In this document: one piece after another, positions 17,768 through 27,068 of the stretch
How the letters are laid out: each line of letters starts with the position of its first letter
How positions within the stretch are numbered: position 1 is the first letter of the stretch
Assembly (NCBI GenBank): GCA_963734535.1
Contig: CAVTHS010000003.1
Location: forward strand, 64,001 to 128,000
Source of the DNA: an uncultured Chloroflexia bacterium
Lineage (GTDB): Bacteria; Chloroflexota; Limnocylindria; Limnocylindrales; CSP1-4
Length of the DNA: 64,000 nucleotides
Direction: 5' to 3'
The notes under the pieces: generated by a model
Told to the model about the DNA's origin: nothing
The model's database searches: none
Seen by the model: only the letters and a program-made list of their open reading frames with translations
Program-made: the position numbers and the translations under genes

Positions 17768-19027
17768 ATGAGCGGACCCACCACGTCCAACCCGGAGATC
17801 GCGGGCCCCCTCGACCGCGGGACGGCGGAGGCGCTCCTCGCCCGAGCGGATGTGCTGCTGGCAGCCAGCGAGTTCGACGCCGCTCGCGCCCACTACGCGC
17901 GCCTGATCGGCTTCCCCGACCCGGCCATCACGGGCGCCGCGCTGCTCGGGACGGGCGAGTCGCTCTTCCGGCTCGACGACGAGGCCGGCGCGCTCTGGAG
18001 CTGGGAGCAGGTCACGCGCCTGCCGGAGAATCCCTCGGCCTATGCCGCATGGCGCCAGGTCGCCGCGGCCCGGGTCCGTGCCGGCTCGCTGCGGACGGCA
18101 TTCGATGCCTACAAGGAGGCCGAGCGGCGCGCCCCGGCGCAGGACCGGGCAGAGATCGCGTCGCGCCTCGGCTGGCTCAGCCGGGAGCTGGGCGACTCGC
18201 GCGGGGCCGGCCGCTACTTCGCGCGAAGCCGCGGCCGGGAGCGGACGCCGATCGTGAGCTACGCGATCCTGGGGATCACCGTCGTCGTCTCATTCCTGGC
18301 GCTGCAGCCCGAGGGAAGCGAGCTGCTGCGGCTGCTCGAGCTGGACAAGGGCCTCGGGAACGGGGAGTGGTGGCGGCTGGTGAGCCCGGTGCTGGTCCAC
18401 GGGAGCATCATCCACCTCGCCTTCAACATGTACTTCCTGTACCTCGTGGGCCCACTCGTGGAGCAGCTCTACGGCTCCGCCCGCTTCCTGGTCCTGTACG
18501 TGCTCACCGCAGCGGCGGCGTCGCTGGCAAGCTTCCTGCTGGGCCCGGGGCCCAGCGTCGGAGCGTCCGGCGCGCTCTTCGGCCTGTGCGGGGTCCTGCT
18601 GGTCGGACGAGCGCTCCATCGCCCCGTGCTCCAGGGCCAGCAGCGGGCGATCATGAGCCAGATCGGATTCCTCGTCGTGATCAACCTCGTCTTCGGGTTC
18701 GGGTTCAACTCGCTCGGGGGGAACGTCGACAACTTCGCCCACCTCGGTGGCCTGGCCGGCGGACTCTGGCTGGGCCTGCTGATCCCGCCCATCGGCGCGT
18801 CGGACCTGCCGCCCGTTGGGCGGCGCTCCGGCGGCGGCATGCCGGGTTCCCGGACGTCCCAGGTTGAGGCGGCGGCCACCACGGACCGCGCTGCAGTCGT
18901 CGCCGGGACGAACGCGGCGATCCGCGTGGGCGGGCTGACCCTCGGGCTCCTGCGCTGGGCGGGCGTCGCGGCGTTCGTGGTGGTGATCCTCGCAGGCGTC
19001 GTGCTCGGCGGCGGCAGGCACGCGTAG
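17768..19027 (+). CDS. Rhomboid intramembrane serine protease with N-terminal TPR-like repeats
   Basis: EWWRLVS, HGSIIHLAFNM, SVGASG (Ser) and AHLGG (His); N-terminal ~150 aa shows TPR-like helical patterns. Confidence 0.9.
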   Translation: MSGPTTSNPEIAGPLDRGTAEALLARADVLLAASEFDAARAHYARLIGFPDPAITGAALLGTGESLFRLDDEAGALWSWEQVTRLPENPSAYAAWRQVAAARVRAGSLRTAFDAYKEAERRAPAQDRAEIASRLGWLSRELGDSRGAGRYFARSRGRERTPIVSYAILGITVVVSFLALQPEGSELLRLLELDKGLGNGEWWRLVSPVLVHGSIIHLAFNMYFLYLVGPLVEQLYGSARFLVLYVLTAAAASLASFLLGPGPSVGASGALFGLCGVLLVGRALHRPVLQGQQRAIMSQIGFLVVINLVFGFGFNSLGGNVDNFAHLGGLAGGLWLGLLIPPIGASDLPPVGRRSGGGMPGSRTSQVEAAATTDRAAVVAGTNAAIRVGGLTLGLLRWAGVAAFVVVILAGVVLGGGRHA

Positions 19028-19113
19028 CGGCGCTCCCGACCTCGACGTGGGAGCCGGATCGCGATGTCCGATTCCCGCGAGCGCAGGCTCGCCGCCCGTG
19101 CGATCCTCCCGGC

Positions 19114-20634
19114 ATGACCGTTCCCCTTGACTTCGAGCATCGGTACCGCGCGGTCGCCAGCAGGGATTCCCGCTTCGACGGGTACTTCTTCCTGGGGGTG
19201 ACCTCGACCGGCATCTACTGCCGGCCAAGCTGCCCGGCCCGCACGCCGCGACGCGATCACGTGAGGTTCTACCCGACGGCCGCGGCGGCGCAGGCGGGCG
19301 GCTTCCGCGCCTGCAAGCGCTGCATCCCGGGAGCCGTGCCCGGCTCGCCGGAGTGGGACGTCCGCGGCGACGTGGCCGGCCGGGCGATGCAGCTCGTGGC
19401 GGACGGGGTCGTGGAGCGCGAAGGCGTCCCGGGTCTCGCGGGCCGGCTGGGTTACGGGGAGCGACAGCTGCGGCGGATCCTGCTGGCCGACCTCGGGGCG
19501 GCGCCACTCGCGCTGGCCCGAGCGCAGCGGGCCCATGTCGCCAGGCTGCTGCTCGAGACGACCGATCTCCCGATCACGGAGATCGCGTTCGCGGCTGGGT
19601 TCGCCTCGCTGCGCCAGTTCAACGCCACCATCCGCGACGTCTTCGACGCCAGCCCGACGTTGCTCCGCGAACGGCGCCGGCGCGGCCGCGAACACCACGT
19701 CCCCAACCGCATGGAGATTCGGCTGGCCCGTCGCGCGCCGTTCGACTTCGGCACGCTGCTGGCGTTCCTCGGCCCGCGCGCCATCCCGGGCGTGGAGGAG
19801 GTCGTCGGCGACACGTACCGACGCACGCTGAAACTGCCCCACGGGCCCGCCATTGTCGAGGTGGCCGACGACGGCACGGCCGTCCGGTGCCGGCTCGAGC
19901 TCAGCGACCCGCGGGACCTGGGGCCGGCTGTCGCGCGTGTGCGGCGGCTGCTCGATCTCGATGCCGACCCGGTCGCCGTCGACGACGTGCTGGGTCGCGA
20001 CCCGGTGCTCGGCCGGCTGGTCCGCGCGACGCCGGGGCGCAGGGCGCCCGGGGCGATCGACGGCCCGGAGCTCGCGATCCGGGCGGTCCTGGGCCAGCAG
20101 GTGTCGATCGTTGCCGCGCGCACGCTCGCCGCCCGACTGACGCGGGCCGAGGGAACCCCGCTTGGAACGCCGAGCGGCGGCCTGACCCACCTCTTCCCGG
20201 AGCCGTCGCGGATCGCGGGTGCGCCGGATGCGAGCCTGCCCATGCCCGCATCGCGTCGCCGAACTGTCCGGGCGCTCGCGGCCGCGCTCTCCGACGGGAC
20301 GCTCCTGCTCGACGCGGGCGTCGACCGCGAAGCGGCGCGCGTCCGGCTCGGCCGGCTCCCGGGCATCGGTCCGTGGACGGCCGGCTATGTCGCGCTTCGC
20401 GCGCTCGGCGATCCGGACGTGCTCCTCGCGGACGATCTCGGGGTGCGGAGGGCGGCCACGGCGCTCGGCCTCCCGAACGACCCCGCGGCGCTCCGCGCGC
20501 GGGGCGAACGCTGGGGCCCGTGGCGCTCCTACGCTACGCATCACCTGTGGGCGTCGCTCGCCTCGAGCGCCGCCGCCGGCACGACCGTCGGCACCGACCC
20601 CGTCCCCGCTGCACCGGAGGAGCCCGTCCCGTGA
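19114..20634 (+). CDS. alkA: Ada-AlkA fusion (Ada Zn domain, AraC HTH, 3-methyladenine glycosylase II)
   Basis: TGIYCRPSC..RACKRC, AGFASLRQFN, RAVLGQQVS, LPGIGPWTA and W.PWRSYA. Confidence 0.95.
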   Translation: MTVPLDFEHRYRAVASRDSRFDGYFFLGVTSTGIYCRPSCPARTPRRDHVRFYPTAAAAQAGGFRACKRCIPGAVPGSPEWDVRGDVAGRAMQLVADGVVEREGVPGLAGRLGYGERQLRRILLADLGAAPLALARAQRAHVARLLLETTDLPITEIAFAAGFASLRQFNATIRDVFDASPTLLRERRRRGREHHVPNRMEIRLARRAPFDFGTLLAFLGPRAIPGVEEVVGDTYRRTLKLPHGPAIVEVADDGTAVRCRLELSDPRDLGPAVARVRRLLDLDADPVAVDDVLGRDPVLGRLVRATPGRRAPGAIDGPELAIRAVLGQQVSIVAARTLAARLTRAEGTPLGTPSGGLTHLFPEPSRIAGAPDASLPMPASRRRTVRALAAALSDGTLLLDAGVDREAARVRLGRLPGIGPWTAGYVALRALGDPDVLLADDLGVRRAATALGLPNDPAALRARGERWGPWRSYATHHLWASLASSAAAGTTVGTDPVPAAPEEPVP

Positions 20635-21137
20635 TCGTTCACGCGTCCCACGCCACCCCCATCGGCCCGCTCCTTCTCGTCGGCGAGCGCGACCGTGCCG
20701 GCGCTGTCCGGCTTTCCGGGATCTACATGGAGCAGCATCGAAACGGCCCGGCCGTGGATCCATCCTGGTCCGAGGATCCGTCCGCGTTCGGCGAGGTCGC
20801 GCGCCAGCTCGACGAGTATTTCGAGGGCACGCGGGCACTGTTCGACCTGCCGCTGGCCCCGGCTGGGACGCCGTTCCAGCGCCGCGTCTGGGCGGAGCTC
20901 GCCCACGTCGCCCCGGGAACGACCATCACCTACGGCGAGCTCGCCCGGCGCGCGGGCCACCCAGGCGCAGCCCGGGCGGTCGGCGCGGCCGTCGGCCGCA
21001 ATCCCATCTCGATCGTGGTGCCATGCCACCGCGTCGTCGGCGCGGATGGGACCCTGACCGGCTACGCGGGCGGCGTCGCACGCAAGGCATTCCTCCTCGC
21101 GCTTGAAGGCCCGTCGGCCGGGCTCGCTGCCCGGTGA
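20631..21137 (+). CDS. ogt: Methylated-DNA--protein-cysteine methyltransferase
   Basis: GTG overlapping the alkA stop; GTPFQRRVW, TYGELA, ARAVG, NPISIVVPCHRVV and LTGYAGG. Confidence 0.95.
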   Translation: MIVHASHATPIGPLLLVGERDRAGAVRLSGIYMEQHRNGPAVDPSWSEDPSAFGEVARQLDEYFEGTRALFDLPLAPAGTPFQRRVWAELAHVAPGTTITYGELARRAGHPGAARAVGAAVGRNPISIVVPCHRVVGADGTLTGYAGGVARKAFLLALEGPSAGLAAR

Positions 21138-22084
21138 CACCAGTCAGGGCCGCTGCGGCGACGGGGACATCGGCGGCGCAGGGATCCGGCCGCGGCTGGC
21201 TGCTCCCGTACCTGGGCGCCGCGCTCATCTGGGGCTGCTCCTTCCTGTTCATCAAGATCGGGCTGGAGGCGCTCTCGCCGATCCACGTCGCGTTCGGACG
21301 GCAGGCGCTCGGCGCTGTGGCGCTCCTCGTCCTCGCTGGCGTGACGCGCGTCCGGCTGCCCCGTGAGCGCGGGACGTGGGCGCACCTGTTCGTGGTCGCG
21401 CTTCTTCTCAACAGCGTGCCGTCGACGCTCTTCGCGTTCGGCGAGACGCACGTCTCGTCCGTGGTCGCGGGGATCATCAACGCGGTCACGCCGCTCGCCA
21501 CGATCCTGGCGATGTTCGTGGCGTTCCGGTCCGACCGCCCGACCGCCGGCACGGTCGCCGGAATCCTTCTCGGCTTCGCCGGCATCCTGGTTGTCGTGGG
21601 GATCTGGAACGGGGTCGGCAGCAACGAGGCCCTGGGCGTGCTGGCCTGCCTCGGCGCGGTCGCCTGCTACGGGATCGGCTTTCCGTACATCCGGCGCAAC
21701 CTCGCCCCGCGAGGGGAGCGGCCGCTCGCCCTGGCCGCCGCCCAGATCACGCTCGCGGCCCTGCAGCTCCTCCCCTTCGCGCTGCTCGATACGAGCCCGA
21801 TCGGTGATCTGACGCCTCGGGTCCTCGGTGCGATGCTGGCGCTCGGGGCGCTCGGTACCGGGATCGCCTACGTCTGGAACTTCCAGGTCATCGAGCGTGC
21901 GGGCGCGACGATGGCGAGCACGGTCACCTACCTCACGCCCCTCGTCGCGATCGCGGTCGGCGCATCGCTGCTCGGCGAGGCGGTGACGCTCAACCAGCCG
22001 CTCGGCGGGGTCGTGGTGCTGCTGGGCGTCGCGCTCGCACAGGGCCGCTTCGCGCTTCCGGCGGGCCGGCGGTCGCCCGCGTAA
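21134..22084 (+). CDS. DMT/EamA family transporter
   Basis: ALIWGCSFLFIKI, about 10 TM segments, GTGIAY..STVTYLTPLVA. Confidence 0.9.
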   Translation: MTPVRAAAATGTSAAQGSGRGWLLPYLGAALIWGCSFLFIKIGLEALSPIHVAFGRQALGAVALLVLAGVTRVRLPRERGTWAHLFVVALLLNSVPSTLFAFGETHVSSVVAGIINAVTPLATILAMFVAFRSDRPTAGTVAGILLGFAGILVVVGIWNGVGSNEALGVLACLGAVACYGIGFPYIRRNLAPRGERPLALAAAQITLAALQLLPFALLDTSPIGDLTPRVLGAMLALGALGTGIAYVWNFQVIERAGATMASTVTYLTPLVAIAVGASLLGEAVTLNQPLGGVVVLLGVALAQGRFALPAGRRSPA

Positions 22085-22144
22085 CGGACCGAACGCGGCT
22101 GTGCTCCACCAGTGGGCGGTCATGTCCGCCCCGGGTGCCCGCGG

Positions 22145-22750
22145 TCAGCCGGCCGTCTCCGTCATCTCGGCAACCGACTGCCCGAGGATGTCGCGCAGCC
22201 GCAGGAGCGCCGTGCGGATGCGCGTCTTGGCCGTTCCCAGCGGGATGCCCAGCGCCTCGGAGACCTCGACATGCGTCAGGCCCCCGAAGAACGCCATCTC
22301 GACGGCCGTCCGTTGGGCCTCCGGCAGCTCGGCGATCGCGGCCCGGACAGCGTCGCGCCGCACGTGCAGCCATGCCTCCTGGTCGACGTCGTCCGCCGCC
22401 TCCTCGAGCTCGAGGTCGACGTCGGCCGTGTGCCGGCGCACGCTCGCCTCCTTGCGCACGAGGTCGATCGCCTTGTGCCGGGCAAGGGAGAACAGCCAGG
22501 AGCTCAGCGATCCGCGGGCCGGGTCGAAGCGGCCGGCGTTCTTCCAGACCGCGACGAACACCTCCTGGACGACATCCTGGGCGAACCGGTCACCGCCCGT
22601 CACCTGGTAGGCAAGGGAGTAGAGCGGGCCGGAATAGCGTTCGTGGAGTGCCTCGATGGCCCGCTCGTCCTGCTCGCGGATCCGGACGAGAAGCGCGGCC
22701 TCTTCCGCCCGGCGTTCGTCAGGGGTTGGCGCGGCTTTCGCGTCCGGCAC
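22145..22750 (-). CDS. ECF sigma factor (SigK-like)
   Basis: AQDVVQEVFVAVW..FDPARGSLSSWL..RHKAIDLVR; GLTHVEVSEALGIPLGTAKTRIR. Confidence 0.92.
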   Translation of the reverse strand: MPDAKAAPTPDERRAEEAALLVRIREQDERAIEALHERYSGPLYSLAYQVTGGDRFAQDVVQEVFVAVWKNAGRFDPARGSLSSWLFSLARHKAIDLVRKEASVRRHTADVDLELEEAADDVDQEAWLHVRRDAVRAAIAELPEAQRTAVEMAFFGGLTHVEVSEALGIPLGTAKTRIRTALLRLRDILGQSVAEMTETAG

Positions 22751-22753
22751 GGA

Positions 22754-23740
22754 TCAGCGCCCGGATGATCCCGAGACCAGGTCGGCACGATCCCGGAAGC
22801 GCTCCAGGACGCGGTAGAAGCTGCGCCGGGCGAGGCGGTCACGGTCCGGGACGTCCGGCGAGACCGCGCCGCCTTGTTCATGGCGGACCAGCGGGAGCTC
22901 GAGGCGCAGGGCGCGCCGCGGAGGCCGGTCCGGGTTCGCGCCGGCGCGCAGCACCAGGCTCCACCACGTGTCCAGCCACCGGTCGGAGACGAGCTTTCCG
23001 TCGAGCGGGCCGAGGGTCGCGATCTCGGCCCGCCGGAAGGCCAGCCAGGTGGCATCGATGGCGTCGACGTCGGGTCCCGCGGCCTCGTCGAGATGGCCCA
23101 GGTCCGGGCCGGCAACGCCGAACCCACCGGCGACCGCGACGGAGGGATCGGCGAACGCATCGACCAGCGGCGTGAGGGCATCGCCGATCATCTCGACGGA
23201 CGGCCCCGCGAGCACCACCACCTCGCCGCGGGCGCGACGGAGGCCCGCGTTCAGGGCGATGGCATGCCCGAGCCGCGCGCTGGTCCAGACGAGCTCCGGA
23301 TCGGTTCCGGCGATCGGAGCCAGGTCGGGTGAGCCCGGGGCGAGCCGCTCGGCCTGTTCCGGTGGCGGGTCGTTGGCGACGAGCAGGACCTGCGTGCCGC
23401 CCGGGGCGTGGACGCGGAGGCCGTCGAGGATCCGCGCAAGGGCGTCGGGCTGGTCGCCGGCGACCAGGAGGACCGTGAAGGGGGCGGTGGCGGGCTCGTC
23501 GAGCAGGGACGGCACGGTCTCCGCGCTCCCGTGGCGCACGACCCGGGTGTCCTCGATCGTGGGAGGCGCGGCAGGCTCCAGACGATAGGCCGTTCCGCGA
23601 TCCATCACGCGCCAGCCCGCCGCCTCGATGCTCGCCCGGAGGATGTCGGCGCGGGCGAAGTCGCGGCCGGCGCGGGCGTTCGCCCGTTCGCGCGCCAGCG
23701 CCTCGATCTCGTCGGGCGGCGTAGAGGAGGCCGGTGTCAC
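22754..23740 (-). CDS. GT2-fold protein with an N-terminal CysRS C-terminal-like helical domain
   Basis: EIEALARERANARAGRDFARADILRASIEAAGWRVMD resembles the CysS C-terminus; LGHAIALNAGLRRARGEVVVL is GT2-like. Confidence 0.75.
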   Translation of the reverse strand: MTPASSTPPDEIEALARERANARAGRDFARADILRASIEAAGWRVMDRGTAYRLEPAAPPTIEDTRVVRHGSAETVPSLLDEPATAPFTVLLVAGDQPDALARILDGLRVHAPGGTQVLLVANDPPPEQAERLAPGSPDLAPIAGTDPELVWTSARLGHAIALNAGLRRARGEVVVLAGPSVEMIGDALTPLVDAFADPSVAVAGGFGVAGPDLGHLDEAAGPDVDAIDATWLAFRRAEIATLGPLDGKLVSDRWLDTWWSLVLRAGANPDRPPRRALRLELPLVRHEQGGAVSPDVPDRDRLARRSFYRVLERFRDRADLVSGSSGR

Positions 23741-25182
23741 TCCGCGAGTGTAGCCGGGACGATGGGCAGGACGACGCTGACGCGGGCGCCGCGCGGCGCG
23801 AGGTTCTCGGCCGCCGCATCGCCTCCGTGACGCCGCGCCAGCTCGCGGACGATGGCGAGGCCGAGCCCCGAGCCCGGGCCGCTCCGGGATGGGTCCCCGC
23901 GGTACGAGCGGTCGAACGCGTGCTCGAGGCCGCCCGGCGGGAAGCCTGGACCATCATCCGAGACGGAAAGCACGATCGACGGGCGCCCATCGGGCGTTCG
24001 GGCGCCGCGGACGCCCAGGTGGACGCTGGGCGCGGCGTTCCCGGCGACCCCGTGCCCGACCGCGGCGAGCGCATTCTCGACCAGGTTCGAGAGGATTCGC
24101 TCGACGGCGAGCCGGTCCGCCGCGAATGGCAGCGCGACGGACGGCGTGTCGGTCACCAGGTCCACGCCCACGGCCGCCGCCCGCGGGGCGAACCGCGCGC
24201 CAGCTTCCGCGATCACAGCGCCGCCCTCCAGCTGTTCCGGCCGGAAAGCGGCCGACTCGTCGCGGAGCCCGTCGAGCGCGCCGAGCTCGCCGACGAGCCG
24301 TTCGAGCCGTGCCGCCTCGTCGGCGATCGCCCGCGCCGCCCGGGGCGCCGCGTCGCCGCTCGCGGTCCCGTCCACGAGGGCCTCCGCGAACCCGCCGATC
24401 ACGGTCAGCGGCGTCCGCAGGTCGTGGCGAAGGTTCGCGAGCAGCTCGGTCTCGGCGCGCCGTGTCCGCGCCAGCTCGCCCCGCATGGCATTGAACCTGA
24501 TGGTCACCTCCCGGACCTCGCTCGGGCCCTCCACCGGCAGTGGTGGCGGTTCCGGCCCGGTGCCCTCGGCAGGCACCGCCGCGGTTGCGACCGCGAGCCG
24601 CCGGAGCGGGCCGGTGGTGGAGCGCGCGAGCAGCCAGGCGAGCGGCCCGCCCACCAGGAGCACGACGAGCCCGACCAGCGGCAGCGTCCGCAGGAGGTCC
24701 CCGAGCGCCTCCGCACCTGCGCGGTCCGGGGCCGCCAGGACGATCGCGCGCGACAGGACGGCCCCGGGCTGTGTGAGCGCCACGACGCTCGTCGCGCGCG
24801 TCGTGCCGTCGTCGAATCGGAGCGTCGCGTCGGCGACGGTCCCGCGGCCGCCGCCCGGGATGGCGGGCAGGTCGCCGACGGGCCGGGCACTTCCCGCGAG
24901 GCTGAGCGGAGGACGAGCCGCGCCGGGCACGAACAGGAGCGCGATGTCCAGCGAGTCGAGCTGGTCGCGCAGCGTCTCGAGCGCGGTGGCAACGTCGGCA
25001 CGGTCCGCGCGCGCCCCGAGCTGCCCGACGATCGTGGCGCCGACCGCATGCAGCCGCCCGAACGCCGCGTCGCGGTGGAGCCCGCGGACGACCACGAAGA
25101 GGGCCCCGCCGACGCCGACGAGCACGGCGAGCGCAGTCAGGGTGAGCGTGAGGGCGAGGCGGCCGGCGAGGCTCCTGGGCAC
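23737..25182 (-). CDS. HAMP-domain sensor histidine kinase
   Basis: Two TM segments, HAMP, H-box HDLRTPLT, N-box NLVENA, DDGPG and GSGLGLAIV. Probable GTG start at 25182. Confidence 0.93.
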   Translation of the reverse strand: MPRSLAGRLALTLTLTALAVLVGVGGALFVVVRGLHRDAAFGRLHAVGATIVGQLGARADRADVATALETLRDQLDSLDIALLFVPGAARPPLSLAGSARPVGDLPAIPGGGRGTVADATLRFDDGTTRATSVVALTQPGAVLSRAIVLAAPDRAGAEALGDLLRTLPLVGLVVLLVGGPLAWLLARSTTGPLRRLAVATAAVPAEGTGPEPPPLPVEGPSEVREVTIRFNAMRGELARTRRAETELLANLRHDLRTPLTVIGGFAEALVDGTASGDAAPRAARAIADEAARLERLVGELGALDGLRDESAAFRPEQLEGGAVIAEAGARFAPRAAAVGVDLVTDTPSVALPFAADRLAVERILSNLVENALAAVGHGVAGNAAPSVHLGVRGARTPDGRPSIVLSVSDDGPGFPPGGLEHAFDRSYRGDPSRSGPGSGLGLAIVRELARRHGGDAAAENLAPRGARVSVVLPIVPATLAE

Positions 25183-25192
25183 GTGGGGTGCC

Positions 25193-25918
25193 TCAGCGCG
25201 CGTCTTCGGACGGGAAGCGCGCGTCTTCGGACGGGAGCGAAGCGCGCGCGGGTGGGACGAGCCGGTATCCCACGCCGCGCACCGTCTCGATGGGCGGTCC
25301 GTCGTCGCCGAGGTGCTTGCGCAGCTCCGCGACATGGACGTCGACGGTCCGGGTCTCGCCCGGGAAGTCCGTACCCCACACGTCCTCGAGGAGGACGTCC
25401 CGGGTCAGGACCACCCCGGGGTCCCGGGCGAGCGCTGCCAGCAGGTCGAACTCGCGCGCCCGGAGCTCGAGGCGGCGATCGCCGACGATGGCCTCGCGAC
25501 GACGGCCGTCGATCCGGAGCGATCCGACCTCGATCGGACGGGCACCCGCCGCGGACCTGGCGCTTCGCCGGAGGATCGCCTTGACACGGGCCACCAGGGC
25601 GCGTGGGTTGAAGGGTTTGGTCACGTAGTCGTCGGCGCCCAGCTCGAGCCCGACGATCGTATCCACGTCGTCCGTGCGGGCCGTGAGCATGAGGACCGGG
25701 GTATCGCCGCGGCGACGGATCTCCCGGCAGACGTCGAACCCGTCCTGCCTCGGCAGCATCAGATCGAGGACGACGAGATCCGGGTCGTGCCGCAGGTGGA
25801 GCGCGAGCCCCTCGTCGCCGTCGCGAGCCGCGATCACCTCGAAGCCCTCCTTCTCCAGGTAGAGGCGGAGGAGCGCCACGATGTTCGGCTCGTCGTCGAC
25901 GACGAGAACGCGCTTCAT
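25193..25918 (-). CDS. OmpR-family response regulator
   Basis: MKRVLVVDDE, LDLMLP, GADDYVTKPF, RTVDVHV and ETVRGVGY. Confidence 0.95.
   Translation of the reverse strand: MKRVLVVDDEPNIVALLRLYLEKEGFEVIAARDGDEGLALHLRHDPDLVVLDLMLPRQDGFDVCREIRRRGDTPVLMLTARTDDVDTIVGLELGADDYVTKPFNPRALVARVKAILRRSARSAAGARPIEVGSLRIDGRRREAIVGDRRLELRAREFDLLAALARDPGVVLTRDVLLEDVWGTDFPGETRTVDVHVAELRKHLGDDGPPIETVRGVGYRLVPPARASLPSEDARFPSEDAR
25196..25237. repeat. 21-bp direct repeat at the response regulator 3' end (PSEDAR twice)
   Basis: GCGCGCGTCTTCGGACGGGA repeated. Confidence 0.8.
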
Positions 25919-26045
25919 GGTTCTGGAGTCTACGGTGCGCCGGCCGGCCCAAGGGGCTCGAACGTAAGCGCCGCGTAAGCCCGGATCCACCGAGAGGAAC
26001 CGAGCGGGAGGCTGGCCCCGGAGCGGCCGACTGGAGTGGCGAGAC

Positions 26046-26663
26046 TCAGGCGAGCACCAGGTTGTTGAGGGCGTGGAGACCGATGCACGTCCACAGGGAA
26101 CCCTTCCTGTGCAAGACGTAGCCCATCCAGACCGAGAAGAACGCCACCCATAGACAGCCCATCGCCGAGATATCGGTGCCCCTGGCGAGCCAGAGAGGCA
26201 CGTGGTAGAGAACGAAGAGGGCCGCCGTCGCGAGGTTGCCTCCAGTCGTGCCGACCATGCTGTCCAGGCGTCGCAGCAGAACGCCGCGGAAAGCGGCCTC
26301 CTCCACCACCGGCGAGACGATGACGGCTGAGACCAGGTAGAAGGCCGAGATCGGGGGCAGGTCCGGTCGCCCGCCGTGGATGAGCAATGAGTACGCAGCA
26401 ATCAGGACTGCTCCGCCGAACAACCATCCCAATTGCGGTGCCTTGTCGAGACCGAGATAGGCTGCGGGATCGGCCCGCTCCAGCCGCGGGTATGCCAGGG
26501 CGAGCGTTCCCCACAGAACGAGTTTGAGCGCGAGCGCCAGGGTGGCCGAATATGGAAGCGCCAGGAGCAGCAGGCTCCACAGCCCGATGGGTATCGCGAT
26601 CAGCGCCGTGGTGCCGGCAAGCGCGGAGCCACGCCAACGTCCGGGCTCGGCGTGCGGGATCAA
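26046..26663 (-). CDS. CPBP/Abi (CAAX protease-like) intramembrane metalloprotease; start uncertain
   Basis: VEEAAFRG, FVLYH and HALNN motifs with several TM helices; visibly less GC-rich than the flanks. Confidence 0.85.
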   Translation of the reverse strand: MIPHAEPGRWRGSALAGTTALIAIPIGLWSLLLLALPYSATLALALKLVLWGTLALAYPRLERADPAAYLGLDKAPQLGWLFGGAVLIAAYSLLIHGGRPDLPPISAFYLVSAVIVSPVVEEAAFRGVLLRRLDSMVGTTGGNLATAALFVLYHVPLWLARGTDISAMGCLWVAFFSVWMGYVLHRKGSLWTCIGLHALNNLVLA

Positions 26664-27068
26664 GGTGAGACCAGAACTGGGGGGGAACTGGACCCCGAGG
26701 GCCGAACGAGATCCCGAGCACCGGCGGACCCTTCGGCGTCGCCAACGCTCGGCAGAGCCGGGACCTCCGGCAGGGCATCGTCGTAGCGAGCGCGTCTCAC
26801 GGCAGAGCGCTCCAGCTGCACAGGCACTTCCAATCGAGCGCGGATTGCTCCCCGCGGCCGCCGTTCTGCGGCGTGGGCATGGTTCCAAGCATAAGGATCG
26901 TTCGCGGCCGCCACCGCTCGATCTGCCGAGCTGCCGGCGTGAGGAATCGTCGGCGGCGCCACCGGTCTGGCGGCTGCACTTCCGTGGATCCGGAGTCGGG
27001 TCAAGCGCCCGATCGGGCACGTTCGGCTGCCCGATCGTCCGCCCGAAATCGCCTGTGGGCGGGTCCGC

